A stretch of DNA of 64,000 nucleotides, from contig CAXXFK010000028.1 in the NCBI GenBank assembly GCA_963663965.2, positions 192,001-256,000 of the forward strand, written 5' to 3'. The notes under the pieces were generated by a model, which was given only the letters and a program-made list of their open reading frames with translations, did not search any database and was not told the DNA's origin. This DNA comes from Sedimentisphaerales bacterium. GTDB taxonomy: Bacteria; Planctomycetota; Phycisphaerae; Sedimentisphaerales; SM23-30. The position numbers and the translations under genes were made by a program. This document shows positions 10,114 through 19,661 of this stretch, piece by piece; the stretch's first letter is position 1, and the number at the start of each line of letters is the position of its first letter.

Positions 10114-10452
10114 ATGAGAACTTTTATTGTGGATCCAAATGGCAAAACCTGGATTGAAAATTCAGCGCTTTCTCTATCGAATCAATGTCCCTCAAATCAA
10201 AATGCTGTTACTGGAAAGAGTTGTTCTAACCATCGGAATGTGAGGGAGTCCAAAGAACACGATGGGGGATATGGGATTATTAAAGCAGTCGTTTTTTTGA
10301 TTGTATTAGCGATTTATTTAGGGATTACATTTGCAGTATTAAACTGGTTACCCTGCGGCCATTACCCGGTGTTGTTAGTTAGTCTGCCTGGATTATTAAT
10401 CACCTGGCCTTTATGGAGCATCGTGTCGGACGAATTCGGGTGGTCTGATTAA
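10114..10452 (+). CDS. Small 2-TM membrane protein with N-terminal FIVxPxGxTxI motif
   Basis: GGAG RBS at 10101 and ATG at 10114 (MRTFIVDPNGKTWIE); two C-terminal hydrophobic helices; paralogue of the next gene. Confidence 0.7.
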   Translation: MRTFIVDPNGKTWIENSALSLSNQCPSNQNAVTGKSCSNHRNVRESKEHDGGYGIIKAVVFLIVLAIYLGITFAVLNWLPCGHYPVLLVSLPGLLITWPLWSIVSDEFGWSD

Positions 10453-10612
10453 TAGCCAATCGTAATATTCTTATAAATTGAATACGGATGAATCAACATT
10501 TTCATGATCATTATTTCTAGCAAATATTCGATACCTTAAACCCATGTCAGGCATTTCAATTGACCTGGGAATAAGTCAGTAAAGTGCTATCATTTTCATA
10601 AGGAATCAGCTC

Positions 10613-11026
10613 ATGAGCATATTTATAGTGGATCCCGAAGGGAACACAAGGATTGAGACAAATCCTTGGCAAGCGACTCGCAGCCGACCTGTTGAACATA
10701 ACCATATCAAGATCAAACCGAATGGAATCGAGACTAATGATAAATTCGATGACGTATTATTTAAAATATTCGAACCGTTTATTGAGGTCATCGTCTTTCT
10801 TGATAATATCTTTAAAGCTATCCGTCGTAACGGAATAATTAATTGTAAGTCTAAGATCGTTGTTAAAATTAGCAATTTTCTTCTTGGCTTTGCGATCTAT
10901 TTTGGAATTGTCTTTTTTGTCGCCAACAGTCTGCCGGAGGATCGATATCCGACATTTGTAGCAGTATTATTTACACTGCCAATCTGGTTTATTATTGTCG
11001 TTGTTCTGGGATTACTTGAAAAATAA
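10613..11026 (+). CDS. Small 2-TM membrane protein with N-terminal FIVxPxGxTxI motif
   Basis: AGGA RBS; begins MSIFIVDPEGNTRIE; FAIYFGIVFFVANSLPEDRYP aligns with LAIYLGITFAVLNWLPCGHYP of the preceding gene. Confidence 0.7.
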   Translation: MSIFIVDPEGNTRIETNPWQATRSRPVEHNHIKIKPNGIETNDKFDDVLFKIFEPFIEVIVFLDNIFKAIRRNGIINCKSKIVVKISNFLLGFAIYFGIVFFVANSLPEDRYPTFVAVLFTLPIWFIIVVVLGLLEK

Positions 11027-11187
11027 GCGCATTAGTATTCGATTAATATTCGGGATAAACATGGCGATATACTTTACATTCCAGCCAGAAATTTGGGTTT
11101 GTGTATCATATGGTTTCTTGATATAATAGGTATAAGTGTAAAGGTTAATCAATGTTATTATGCAATTATATTGGAATTTAATCGATC

Positions 11188-12603
11188 ATGTCTAAATCTT
11201 CTATGTGTTGGAAAAAGGAATATGATAATGCCTGTGGGAAATGGCCTTATTACAGGGAATCAATTAAAGAAAAAGAATATGAATCACAGCTAAAATATTG
11301 CAGCTCAAACATAAAGCCCGGGGGCGATTCAGAAAATCAAGAAAAGGAGTATTTAACCATCAGGGATTTTAACGGAATATCGCTAGCACTAGCGGTTGGA
11401 TGTCGTGTTGAACAAGCCGTAAATGAGATATTAGAATATGAATCTAACGAGTATATAGAAAATAAAGCCAGACGAAATATAGACTCTTATGCCGCAAAAG
11501 ATCTTTGGAGAGACATGGTGGCAGCGGTCTTATTAGATATAACCTATAGACTTAGAGTTCCAACTGAACACAATGATGACAGTCAGGAGCAGATAGAGAA
11601 AAAAAGGGTCGCCGATAAAGCATTGAGAACTTTCCTGGATAAGCATAATTGCAGGAGTACAGGCAATATGCCTGCTGGTTTGCCGCGCAAAGTAGTATTT
11701 GACTTCTTAGAACAATTCCCTGTGATTGAGATTCATTCTTTGAATTATGGCAATCAAACTATCATAAACAAAATAAAATTGCAGAAAAATTTGCCTGCAA
11801 AAATCATTTATTACAAAGGAAGAACCAAGCTGCGAAAATATATTATAACGACTTGGTGCAAAGCCAATATCTGTCAACAAAGCAAAAAGACAAATACACC
11901 GGAGCATGGAGTTAATTCCGCGAACGATCCCAGATCTCAATGTATGGTTGATAGCGACTTTACCTCGACAATTCAACAGGTTGTTAAGGAATGCCTAGAG
12001 GAACAAATCGACAATACGAAAAGAAAAATTCTTATCGGTTTGTATTGTAACAATAAAAAACAAAAAGATATTGCCCGCGAACTCACTCTAACTGAAGTAC
12101 AAGTTCACAGATGGAAGAATGATGCAATTAAGCAAATCTCGGCAATATTCAAATCCCGCCGTTGTGACGATTTTGATGAAACGGATTTTGCCAAAATTCT
12201 TTCCGAATTTCTTGGGATAACTTTCGATATAGATATGGTGAAAAAGATGTTTGAACATTCCAGTCCTGAAGATAGACGTATTGAGAAAAAAAATGGCGCA
12301 TATTGCGAAATTGAAAATGAAGTGCGATCTAAGCTAGAGTGCCATATCACAGTTGAAGGCCAGTTTGCCCTTACATTGGTCTGCAGTGGAATAAGCTTGA
12401 AAAAAGTTGCTCAAATTCTGGGTTATAGCCATTTTACCACAGAAAAAATTATGCGCGATGCCAGGATTGCTATAAGGAATGTTTATGATGAATTCATGGC
12501 CTCACCGAATAATCTTGATGTTGACCGATACATTCAAATAGTGTGCGACTTTTTCGATGGCATTGACAATAATGCGATTAGGGACATTGTCAGGAACAAC
12601 TAA
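11188..12603 (+). CDS. Sigma-70/ECF-like factor (TIGR03001-like) with two region-4 HTH domains
   Basis: PAKIIYYKGRTKLRKYI resembles the PKI..YSGRG.L..W motif; HTH1 KRKILIGLYCNNKKQKDIARELTLTEVQVHRWKNDAIKQI; HTH2 FALTLVCSGISLKKVAQILGYSHFTTEKIMRDARIAI. Confidence 0.7.
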   Translation: MSKSSMCWKKEYDNACGKWPYYRESIKEKEYESQLKYCSSNIKPGGDSENQEKEYLTIRDFNGISLALAVGCRVEQAVNEILEYESNEYIENKARRNIDSYAAKDLWRDMVAAVLLDITYRLRVPTEHNDDSQEQIEKKRVADKALRTFLDKHNCRSTGNMPAGLPRKVVFDFLEQFPVIEIHSLNYGNQTIINKIKLQKNLPAKIIYYKGRTKLRKYIITTWCKANICQQSKKTNTPEHGVNSANDPRSQCMVDSDFTSTIQQVVKECLEEQIDNTKRKILIGLYCNNKKQKDIARELTLTEVQVHRWKNDAIKQISAIFKSRRCDDFDETDFAKILSEFLGITFDIDMVKKMFEHSSPEDRRIEKKNGAYCEIENEVRSKLECHITVEGQFALTLVCSGISLKKVAQILGYSHFTTEKIMRDARIAIRNVYDEFMASPNNLDVDRYIQIVCDFFDGIDNNAIRDIVRNN

Positions 12604-12620
12604 ATTCAATTGGACATTTT

Positions 12621-14381
12621 ATGAAAGATAATAGTGACTTAACGAGCAGTCTGAGCAATATAAATGACGGTTTGCCTGCTGACATAGATGAGGATATTGA
12701 AAGTTTAATTGTGCTATCCGAAGGAAGGAGAACGGAATTGACTGTAAGTGAAAGTGTGAAATTGATGGGTAATATTGCTCATAATTCAGTATACCGAAAA
12801 ATCTTTATGGAATTATGCGTCATAGATGATCTGGAAAAAGGTTCCCGGAGTACTGATAAACATAAATACAGATCAAGAAAGTGGATATTCAATCGTAGCA
12901 CATTTGTGCTTGCCGCCTGTTTAGTCGTTGGACTTGGAATTTATATATTTAACCAATGGAGTATTAAATATGACAATTCCGACATTGATTTCGATTTGTA
13001 TGCACAATATATCGACAATCATCACAAGAAAGGCAGCCTGCAATGCTTACGAAATGTTGAGCCAGTCATGCCCGCTACTTGGCAACAACCTGCGGCTCGG
13101 GTTATTATGGGGCAAGAGCCACCTTATAATAATATGAAATTATCGACAGTAATCGTAAAGAGTAAAAGCAGTCACGGTAGCGGAGTGTTTATTTCCAATA
13201 TGCTAAATGCGAAGCTTATACTGACGAATTATCATGTCATAGAAGATGAAGTGCAAAATGCTGCATTGAGCGGCGAAAAACCATGGTTAGAAATAATTAC
13301 TTGTGAATATATTCAAGATGAAGAGATGTTGGTCAGGCGAAAGTCGAAAGGGGCAACAGGTAATCTTAACGCGGAAGTTATTAAGATCGACCCTCTTAAA
13401 GATATTGCGTTGCTGAAACTTGCAGATGAGGTTGACTATAATATTGTGTGTATGCCTTTATTACCGACGGAATTTATACCGGATCGGCAAAAATGCTTTG
13501 CCATTGGCTCACCAGGAGGTAAATGGGCTTGGACCGGGAAAGAAGGTGTTGTCTTAAGACAAGTTCATTTCCCGGATGATTTAACCAAGTATATTGTTTC
13601 TGATAATAAGCTGCTGGAAGACACATCTGGTCTTTGGTTGAATACAAAACTGGAAGAACCTCTTGAACCGGGTGACTCTGGCGGCCCGCTATTCAATGAA
13701 AATGGTCAAATAATTGGATTAAATGTTGCTACTTTTCCCGATAACAATGCAAGTTTGCATATTTCCGTTAAAGAACTGAAAGCATTTATGGACGCTTATT
13801 ATAATAATCCGGAAATGTCTCCAATCCCCGTTGATATCTGGAAGGCGGGAAATTGTGGTGGCCGATTACTCTATCCACAATTAGTAGATATTCCTGTAAA
13901 GAAAAATATTGTAATCAGGGGACTTAGTTGTATCTATGATGCCGCGCCTCCCGATATAATAAATATAGAACCAATAGCGACTTGCCTTTATTTAAATTTT
14001 GTGGAATTAAATTCATCTGATATTAACTTGACGGATCTACCTTTCTCAACCAAGCGGCCTTATGGTCTTTGGGGAAGAAATCAGGGAGAATTTCGTTTCA
14101 ATATTGTTATGATATCAAGAAATGATGGAATTTCCATCGTCGGTTATACAGATAGCAGATTAAGACTTAACCATATTCGTGTTGACCATGACAACGATAA
14201 TCGGGCTGATGTAATATGGGAATGCAATCATGATGGGAATTGGTCATTATTAAATCTTAAAAGAGAGCGTCCTCTCATTGAAATGAGTAATAAACAACAG
14301 CAACAGTATGCCAGAAAGATATTTAAAAATCTCACTCAAAATATGCATACATACGGCGCCAATCATAATCTGGTTAAATAA
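12621..14381 (+). CDS. Anti-sigma-like N-terminus + TM + trypsin-like (S1) serine protease
   Basis: Catalytic triad motifs LTNYHV (H205), DIALLKL (D261) and PGDSGGPL (S353); TM segment FVLAACLVVGLGIYIF; short N-terminal cytoplasmic domain; directly follows the sigma gene. Confidence 0.8.
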   Translation: MKDNSDLTSSLSNINDGLPADIDEDIESLIVLSEGRRTELTVSESVKLMGNIAHNSVYRKIFMELCVIDDLEKGSRSTDKHKYRSRKWIFNRSTFVLAACLVVGLGIYIFNQWSIKYDNSDIDFDLYAQYIDNHHKKGSLQCLRNVEPVMPATWQQPAARVIMGQEPPYNNMKLSTVIVKSKSSHGSGVFISNMLNAKLILTNYHVIEDEVQNAALSGEKPWLEIITCEYIQDEEMLVRRKSKGATGNLNAEVIKIDPLKDIALLKLADEVDYNIVCMPLLPTEFIPDRQKCFAIGSPGGKWAWTGKEGVVLRQVHFPDDLTKYIVSDNKLLEDTSGLWLNTKLEEPLEPGDSGGPLFNENGQIIGLNVATFPDNNASLHISVKELKAFMDAYYNNPEMSPIPVDIWKAGNCGGRLLYPQLVDIPVKKNIVIRGLSCIYDAAPPDIINIEPIATCLYLNFVELNSSDINLTDLPFSTKRPYGLWGRNQGEFRFNIVMISRNDGISIVGYTDSRLRLNHIRVDHDNDNRADVIWECNHDGNWSLLNLKRERPLIEMSNKQQQQYARKIFKNLTQNMHTYGANHNLVK

Positions 14382-14637
14382 ATGAATGTTCTATAACACT
14401 GGAAGAATGATAATGAGGGGCCCAAGACTGAAAACTGAAATACTTCTCCGGGTGGACTTTCGCGCTTTTGAAGAGCTTAGTCTAAATATTAAATTGTGAA
14501 AAAAATATCGGCAATCCGATTGGTTTTGTACAAACTTACCCGCATGCGGATATATACAATCAATATTATTCAATATGGACAGAACTTCTTTAACACTATT
14601 TTTGAATATTTACCAAGCTGGAAGGGGAATCACCCGG

Positions 14638-15055
14638 ATGGTCATTGGCTGGATATAATGCACAAGGCGACGTACAATCACGGGAATTATTCCCTTCGCA
14701 GATCCGCCCTACGAAAGATCTCACGACTTTTACTATCGCTTTTTCCCGGATGGAAACTGGTCGTTGAGTCATTTGTGTCAAAAGCTTGCTCTGATTATGG
14801 TACAAAAAAATTTACAGGGTGTGATGGATGAAAAACAGGTATTTACCTGTGTTTCTCTCGGGTATAAGGGTAAGAGCAAAACTGGTCGAGTGTTATATGC
14901 AAAGTTCCAGAAAGCAAAGAAAAAGATGACTTTATCTTTACCACAAATATTGCTATGCCGGCCGAAGCGGTTCTGTCTTGCAATGCCGACCACTGGGCAA
15001 TCATCGAATACCGTGTTAAGCATTGGGACGAAATTCAAGTCAGAGAAGAAAATTG
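14638..15055 (+). pseudogene. Degraded IS701/IS4-like transposase remnant
   Basis: Reads MVIGWI*CTRRRTITGIIPFADPPYERSHDFYYRFFPDGNW with an in-frame TAA at 14656-14658, then frameshifted ESKEKDDFIFTTNIAMPAEAVL...HWAI; large internal deletion; IS66 copy 1 sits at its 3' end. Confidence 0.6.
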
Positions 15056-16520
15056 GTAACCGTTCACACATTCTGACAGATTAACGATGGATATTTTATG
15101 TTGCTCCAATGAGCAATAATCGATTCATGGATAAAATCAAGGACATTCTGACGCTGTTTTTTGCAGGTTGCTATTGTTGTCCAGATGCGTTCGCACCAGC
15201 GCATGCCTGCCTGGCCGCGCGTTCCTTGCGTGATCCGTCGGTCAATCACCACGGTGCGAATTTGGCGCTCCGTGCCATTATTGGTGGGTTCGACAGCCGG
15301 CTCCGTCAAAAATCGGAAGTAATCGGTTGCAGCATTGCCCTTAAATCGTTTGGCCAGTTTCTGGGCCAGTTTGTGATTCGGCGGCCTTCGCATTTGCTTC
15401 AAAAAGCCGGTTTTGAGGCGCGCCATCGAACGCAACCAGCCCGGTGGCGTCAAGGCGTCCCGCCGATGCAGGGTGTCAAACAGTTTTTTGAGCCATGCCA
15501 GCAATTTTGTTCCCCAGCGAGACAGTGCGGGCACGCTATGCTCGGCCAGAAAACGAACGTCTCGAATCAAGTGAGCCATGCAATACTGAACACGAACACC
15601 AAACAACCTGGCATACTTGCGATAGGCGCCCCAGTAATCGGCCCCAATGATCCCGGCAAAGGTTTTACCAAGCATGGTTTCCAGCACGCCGCTGCCGCGC
15701 GACGGATCAATCTTAAACAAACTGTAGGCGCCGGTATCAAAACACCAGGTCCAGTGCAGCTTGCCATTGTCATGATGGCCTGTCTCATCGATATTGACCT
15801 GCGGTTCGTTCGGCAATCGGTCGGCCAGTTCATCATACGATCGGCCCAAGGCGCTCGATCCCTTCTGAACCGCCTTGCCAAGCATGCCGCGAGAAACCTC
15901 CAGCTTCATCACCTGCTGGAAAAAACCCTGAATGGTGCTATACGACATATGGCAGGCGCCTTTCAAATAGGACACCAACGCCGTCAGGTCCGCACCCAGC
16001 AATCCCCCTTTACGAATCTCGTTCGGCAAGGGGGTGATCTGGACCTTTCCTGTCACAGGGTTTCGGTACTTTCTGGCTCGATGCTCAATCACCTGGTACA
16101 TTTTCTCCGGCAATCCGATTTGTTGAATGACAAACCAGGCATCCAGAGGCTTAAGGCCCACGGCGTCTTTGTCTGCCAACTCGTATTCAAATGTGTGGTC
16201 AACTTCTTCAAACGGTTGACGCGAAAACTTTTTATGCCCATGCTGGCCACCCCGGTTGCGTTTTTTGCGACTAGCCTTAGCGGAAGGCCTCTTGGGTTTG
16301 ACAATATCACTTGAGGGCGGCTTGGACGAATTGCTCGAATCTTTCTTGAGCCGAGCAATTTCTTCTTTGAGCTGCCTTACTTCTTCGCGTAAGGAAGCGA
16401 CCTCTTGGAGCAGCTGCGCTATAACAATATCTTTGTCATCCATAACTTTTGGTATAACAGATGGTTGTGCAGGGCGCAATCTTTTTTCTTGTTATTTTTA
16501 AAAAAAGTGTGAATTGTTAC
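15056..16520 (-). mobile_element. IS66-family element (single-ORF, ISBst12-like), copy 1, 1465 bp
   Basis: Terminal IRs GTAACCGTTCACAC and GTGTGAATTGTTAC (12/14 match); flanking 8-mers GAAAATTG and AAAAATTG (7/8 match). Confidence 0.9.
15064..16443 (-). CDS. IS66-family transposase
   Basis: Coiled coil followed by SSNSSKPPSSD; DETG, ADYWGAY, QYCMAHLIR and PTNNGTERQIR motifs; start MDDKD shared with copy 2. Confidence 0.92.
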   Translation of the reverse strand: MDDKDIVIAQLLQEVASLREEVRQLKEEIARLKKDSSNSSKPPSSDIVKPKRPSAKASRKKRNRGGQHGHKKFSRQPFEEVDHTFEYELADKDAVGLKPLDAWFVIQQIGLPEKMYQVIEHRARKYRNPVTGKVQITPLPNEIRKGGLLGADLTALVSYLKGACHMSYSTIQGFFQQVMKLEVSRGMLGKAVQKGSSALGRSYDELADRLPNEPQVNIDETGHHDNGKLHWTWCFDTGAYSLFKIDPSRGSGVLETMLGKTFAGIIGADYWGAYRKYARLFGVRVQYCMAHLIRDVRFLAEHSVPALSRWGTKLLAWLKKLFDTLHRRDALTPPGWLRSMARLKTGFLKQMRRPPNHKLAQKLAKRFKGNAATDYFRFLTEPAVEPTNNGTERQIRTVVIDRRITQGTRGQAGMRWCERIWTTIATCKKQRQNVLDFIHESIIAHWSNIKYPSLICQNV

Positions 16521-16620
16521 AAAAATTGAAATGTTCATTTACCTATGCAGCCGGGTCCAATTACCCACTACTATATGAATATTCGTTTCATTATAAATCA
16601 ATCTTGCCGGAAACAGATAT

Positions 16621-17406
16621 ATGGAACTGGATACGTTAATTGATACAGATCAACTCACGTCGCGAGAGGCTGGCTGGGTAAATAAGTTTATCAGGCAGCT
16701 CAAAGACAGGCAGGTAGTTCTGCTGTCACATTGTGATATCAGCGTTATAACTGAATTCGAAAATCGAGGCATGCCGATAAAAGATGCCTCCGATATTATC
16801 CATAACAGGTACAATTGCCGTGGTCATTTCGTTAGCCGCATAAATGGTCAGCCGCCGATGATCATACTGGTAAAAGAATATGCTAATAAACGAAATGATG
16901 GCTATACTCTCATTCATGAAGGCAGCCATCTCAGGATCCGCGAAATATACGACAGAATTCTACAGCGGGATAAAAATGAGATGCATACAGCTGCCGGTAA
17001 TCATATTGACAGGCTCTTTTTTGCTGACGAAAAGAATAGCGATGTCTGGGCTATCCTTGAAGAACTTATCATATACAGGCATGACAAACGATTCTCTGAT
17101 CATAGTAATATGGAACTTCTGGCAAGGGTTTTGCAAGCCTACTATATTGAACCAGACTCCAGAATGAACTTATACAGAATTATTTACCTTACCTTCGAGC
17201 CATTTACTACAACAGACAGTACATTCAGCTTTAAAACTTTTTTAAATCTGATGGTCAGGCTTCGCTATTCCAAAGTTAACAGGCTTGAAACCGCTACTCA
17301 TGCCCGGTTCAAGTTTTTTTATGATTACCTGCAGAAGATGCTGAAAGACCTGGACGTGCCAGAAGAAGAAAGACTAATTTTTGACTGGTATACCAATATT
17401 CCTTAA
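16621..17406 (+). CDS. Hypothetical protein with HExxH zincin-like motif
   Basis: TLIHEGSHL (H99-E100-H103) and a downstream ILEE; 261 aa; no signal peptide. Confidence 0.55.
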   Translation: MELDTLIDTDQLTSREAGWVNKFIRQLKDRQVVLLSHCDISVITEFENRGMPIKDASDIIHNRYNCRGHFVSRINGQPPMIILVKEYANKRNDGYTLIHEGSHLRIREIYDRILQRDKNEMHTAAGNHIDRLFFADEKNSDVWAILEELIIYRHDKRFSDHSNMELLARVLQAYYIEPDSRMNLYRIIYLTFEPFTTTDSTFSFKTFLNLMVRLRYSKVNRLETATHARFKFFYDYLQKMLKDLDVPEEERLIFDWYTNIP

Positions 17407-17656
17407 TCAGTTGATTATCTTTTATACACATAAAAAATGGGGACCATTAGGGATTCACTTATCACCATGTTTAAAGGTAGATAGTAATCGACCACAAAGG
17501 AGCAGAAAATTCAGTAACTTTGTCACCAAAATGTCACCACATGACGCCTCAGAGGCATCTTGAATGAAAAAACTATCTGCATTTTCAGCCTTAAAAACGC
17601 AGATTTTCAACATTTTACACAATAATTTCGTATCAAATGTCTGTTGGAATTTGAAC

Positions 17657-17990
17657 GCGTAATGAAATTCGATTTTTCCGACATATTGATATACATACCC
17701 ATGAGGAAAAACCTTGTGGGAGCTCCTTTGGTATGAGTATTCAAATTGTCATCCACTATAAGCAGTTTTTGATAAATAGGTTGGCGGTACCAGCACGTTC
17801 ATATTCATAGTTCACTCTGCGAGGATGATTTAAAGTCGCTGCAATTGTAGTTCGGGTTTCCTTGAGCTGTTGTGCCGACTGTCCATCCATACCTATCACC
17901 GGAAAATCCGGGTTATACGGCAGGGGATCGACGTTAAGGACGTCTCTCCCACACATACTACGAATACACTTTTCTTAACGGCTGGAATTG
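17657..17990 (-). pseudogene. Degraded IS630 transposase fragment
   Basis: DNA and protein similarity to 27714-28160 (HPRRVNYEYERAGTANLF versus HPRRVDYEYERAGTASIF); catalytic MDE changed to MDG; internal deletion. Confidence 0.8.
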
Positions 17991-18196
17991 TCGGCTGATT
18001 AGGAAGACCAGGTAGAATTGGGCATTAGTACGTCAAGCTGGGTGAATACAAGTGTAAATAATGCTATTCAGACTCTCTGAACAAATCTCATTACAACAAA
18101 AGTCAACTCTTCTATTTAGAAGTTGCTGATTAATGAGGCATTCTATATTTCACCCTTTTGCTTTTTTAGATTTCTTATGAGCTAAAAGGATTATTG

Positions 18197-19661
18197 GTAA
18201 CCGTTCACACATTCTGACAGATTAACGATGGATATTTTATGTTGCTCCAATGAGCAATAATCGATTCATGGATAAAATCAAGGACATTCTGACGCTGTTT
18301 TTTGCAGGTTGCTATTGTTGTCCAGATGCGTTCGCACCAGCGCATGCCTGCCTGGCCGCGCGTTCCTTGCGTGATCCGTCGGTCAATCACCACGGTGCGA
18401 ATTTGGCGCTCCGTGCCATTATTGGTGGGTTCGACAGCCGGCTCCGTCAAAAATCGGAAGTAATCGGTTGCAGCATTGCCCTTAAATCGTTTGGCCAGTT
18501 TCTGGGCCAGTTTGTGATTCGGCGGCCTTCGCATTTGCTTCAAAAAGCCGGTTTTGAGGCGCGCCATCGAACGCAACCAGCCCGGTGGCGTCAAGGCGTC
18601 CCGCCGATGCAGGGTGTCAAACAGTTTTTTGAGCCATGCCAGCAATTTTGTTCCCCAGCGAGACAGTGCGGGCACGCGATGCTCGGCCAGAAAACGAACG
18701 TCTCGAATCAAGTGAGCCATGCAATACTGAACACGAACACCAAACAACCGGGCATACTTGCGATAGGCGCCCCAGTAATCGGCCCCAATGATCCCGGCAA
18801 AGGTTTTACCAAGCATGGTTTCCAGCACGCCGCTGCCGCGCGACGGATCAATCTTAAACAAACTGTAGGCGCCGGTATCAAAACACCAGGTCCAGTGCAG
18901 CTTGCCATTGTCATGATGGCCTGTCTCATCGATATTGACCTGCGGTTCGTTCGGCAATCGGTCGGCCAGTTCATCATACGATCGGCCCAAGGCGCTCGAT
19001 CCCTTCTGAACCGCCTTGCCAAGCATGCCGCGAGAAACCTCCAGCTTCATCACCTGCTGGAAAAAACCCTGAATGGTGCTATACGACATATGGCAGGCGC
19101 CTTTCAAATAGGACACCAACGCCGTCAGGTCCGCACCCAGCAATCCCCCTTTACGAATCTCGTTCGGCAAGGGGGTGATCTGGACCTTTCCTGTCACAGG
19201 GTTTCGGTACTTTCTGGCTCGATGCTCAATCACCTGGTACATTTTCTCCGGCAATCCGATTTGTTGAATGACAAACCAGGCATCCAGAGGCTTAAGGCCC
19301 ACGGCGTCTTTGTCTGCCAACTCGTATTCAAATGTGTGGTCAACTTCTTCAAACGGTTGACGCGAAAACTTTTTATGCCCATGCTGGCCACCCCGGTTGC
19401 GTTTTTTGCGACTAGCCTTAGCGGAAGGCCTCTTGGGTTTGACAATATCACTTGAGGGCGGCTTGGACGAATTGCTCGAATCTTTCTTGAGCCGAGCAAT
19501 TTCTTCTTTGAGCTGCCTTACTTCTTCGCGTAAGGAAGCGACCTCTTGGAGCAGCTGCGCTATAACAATATCTTTGTCATCCATAACTTATGGTATAACA
19601 GATGGTTGTGCAGGGCGCAATCTTTTTTCTTGTTATTTTTAAAAAAAGTGTGAATTGTTAC
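18197..19661 (-). mobile_element. IS66-family element, copy 2, 1465 bp
   Basis: Same IRs as copy 1; perfect 8-bp target duplication GATTATTG (18189-18196 and 19662-19669); near-identical to copy 1. Confidence 0.93.
18205..19584 (-). CDS. IS66-family transposase
   Basis: Same as copy 1 except HRV versus HSV. Confidence 0.92.
   Translation of the reverse strand: MDDKDIVIAQLLQEVASLREEVRQLKEEIARLKKDSSNSSKPPSSDIVKPKRPSAKASRKKRNRGGQHGHKKFSRQPFEEVDHTFEYELADKDAVGLKPLDAWFVIQQIGLPEKMYQVIEHRARKYRNPVTGKVQITPLPNEIRKGGLLGADLTALVSYLKGACHMSYSTIQGFFQQVMKLEVSRGMLGKAVQKGSSALGRSYDELADRLPNEPQVNIDETGHHDNGKLHWTWCFDTGAYSLFKIDPSRGSGVLETMLGKTFAGIIGADYWGAYRKYARLFGVRVQYCMAHLIRDVRFLAEHRVPALSRWGTKLLAWLKKLFDTLHRRDALTPPGWLRSMARLKTGFLKQMRRPPNHKLAQKLAKRFKGNAATDYFRFLTEPAVEPTNNGTERQIRTVVIDRRITQGTRGQAGMRWCERIWTTIATCKKQRQNVLDFIHESIIAHWSNIKYPSLICQNV

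Noticed and set aside
4097..14381. Type III-E CRISPR Craspase locus
   Set aside because: No cas genes or repeat-spacer array in the window, and the CHAT protein has a signal peptide.
14496..15084. Independent small proteins
   Set aside because: Better explained as frames across the IS701-like remnant.
15109..16314. 401-aa plus-strand ORF, repeated at 18250-19455
   Set aside because: Antisense shadow of the transposase with no motifs; repeated only because the IS is.
15056..19661. Composite transposon carrying 16521-18196
   Set aside because: Each IS66 copy has its own target duplication and the outer flanks (GAAAATTG, GATTATTG) differ, so these are independent insertions.
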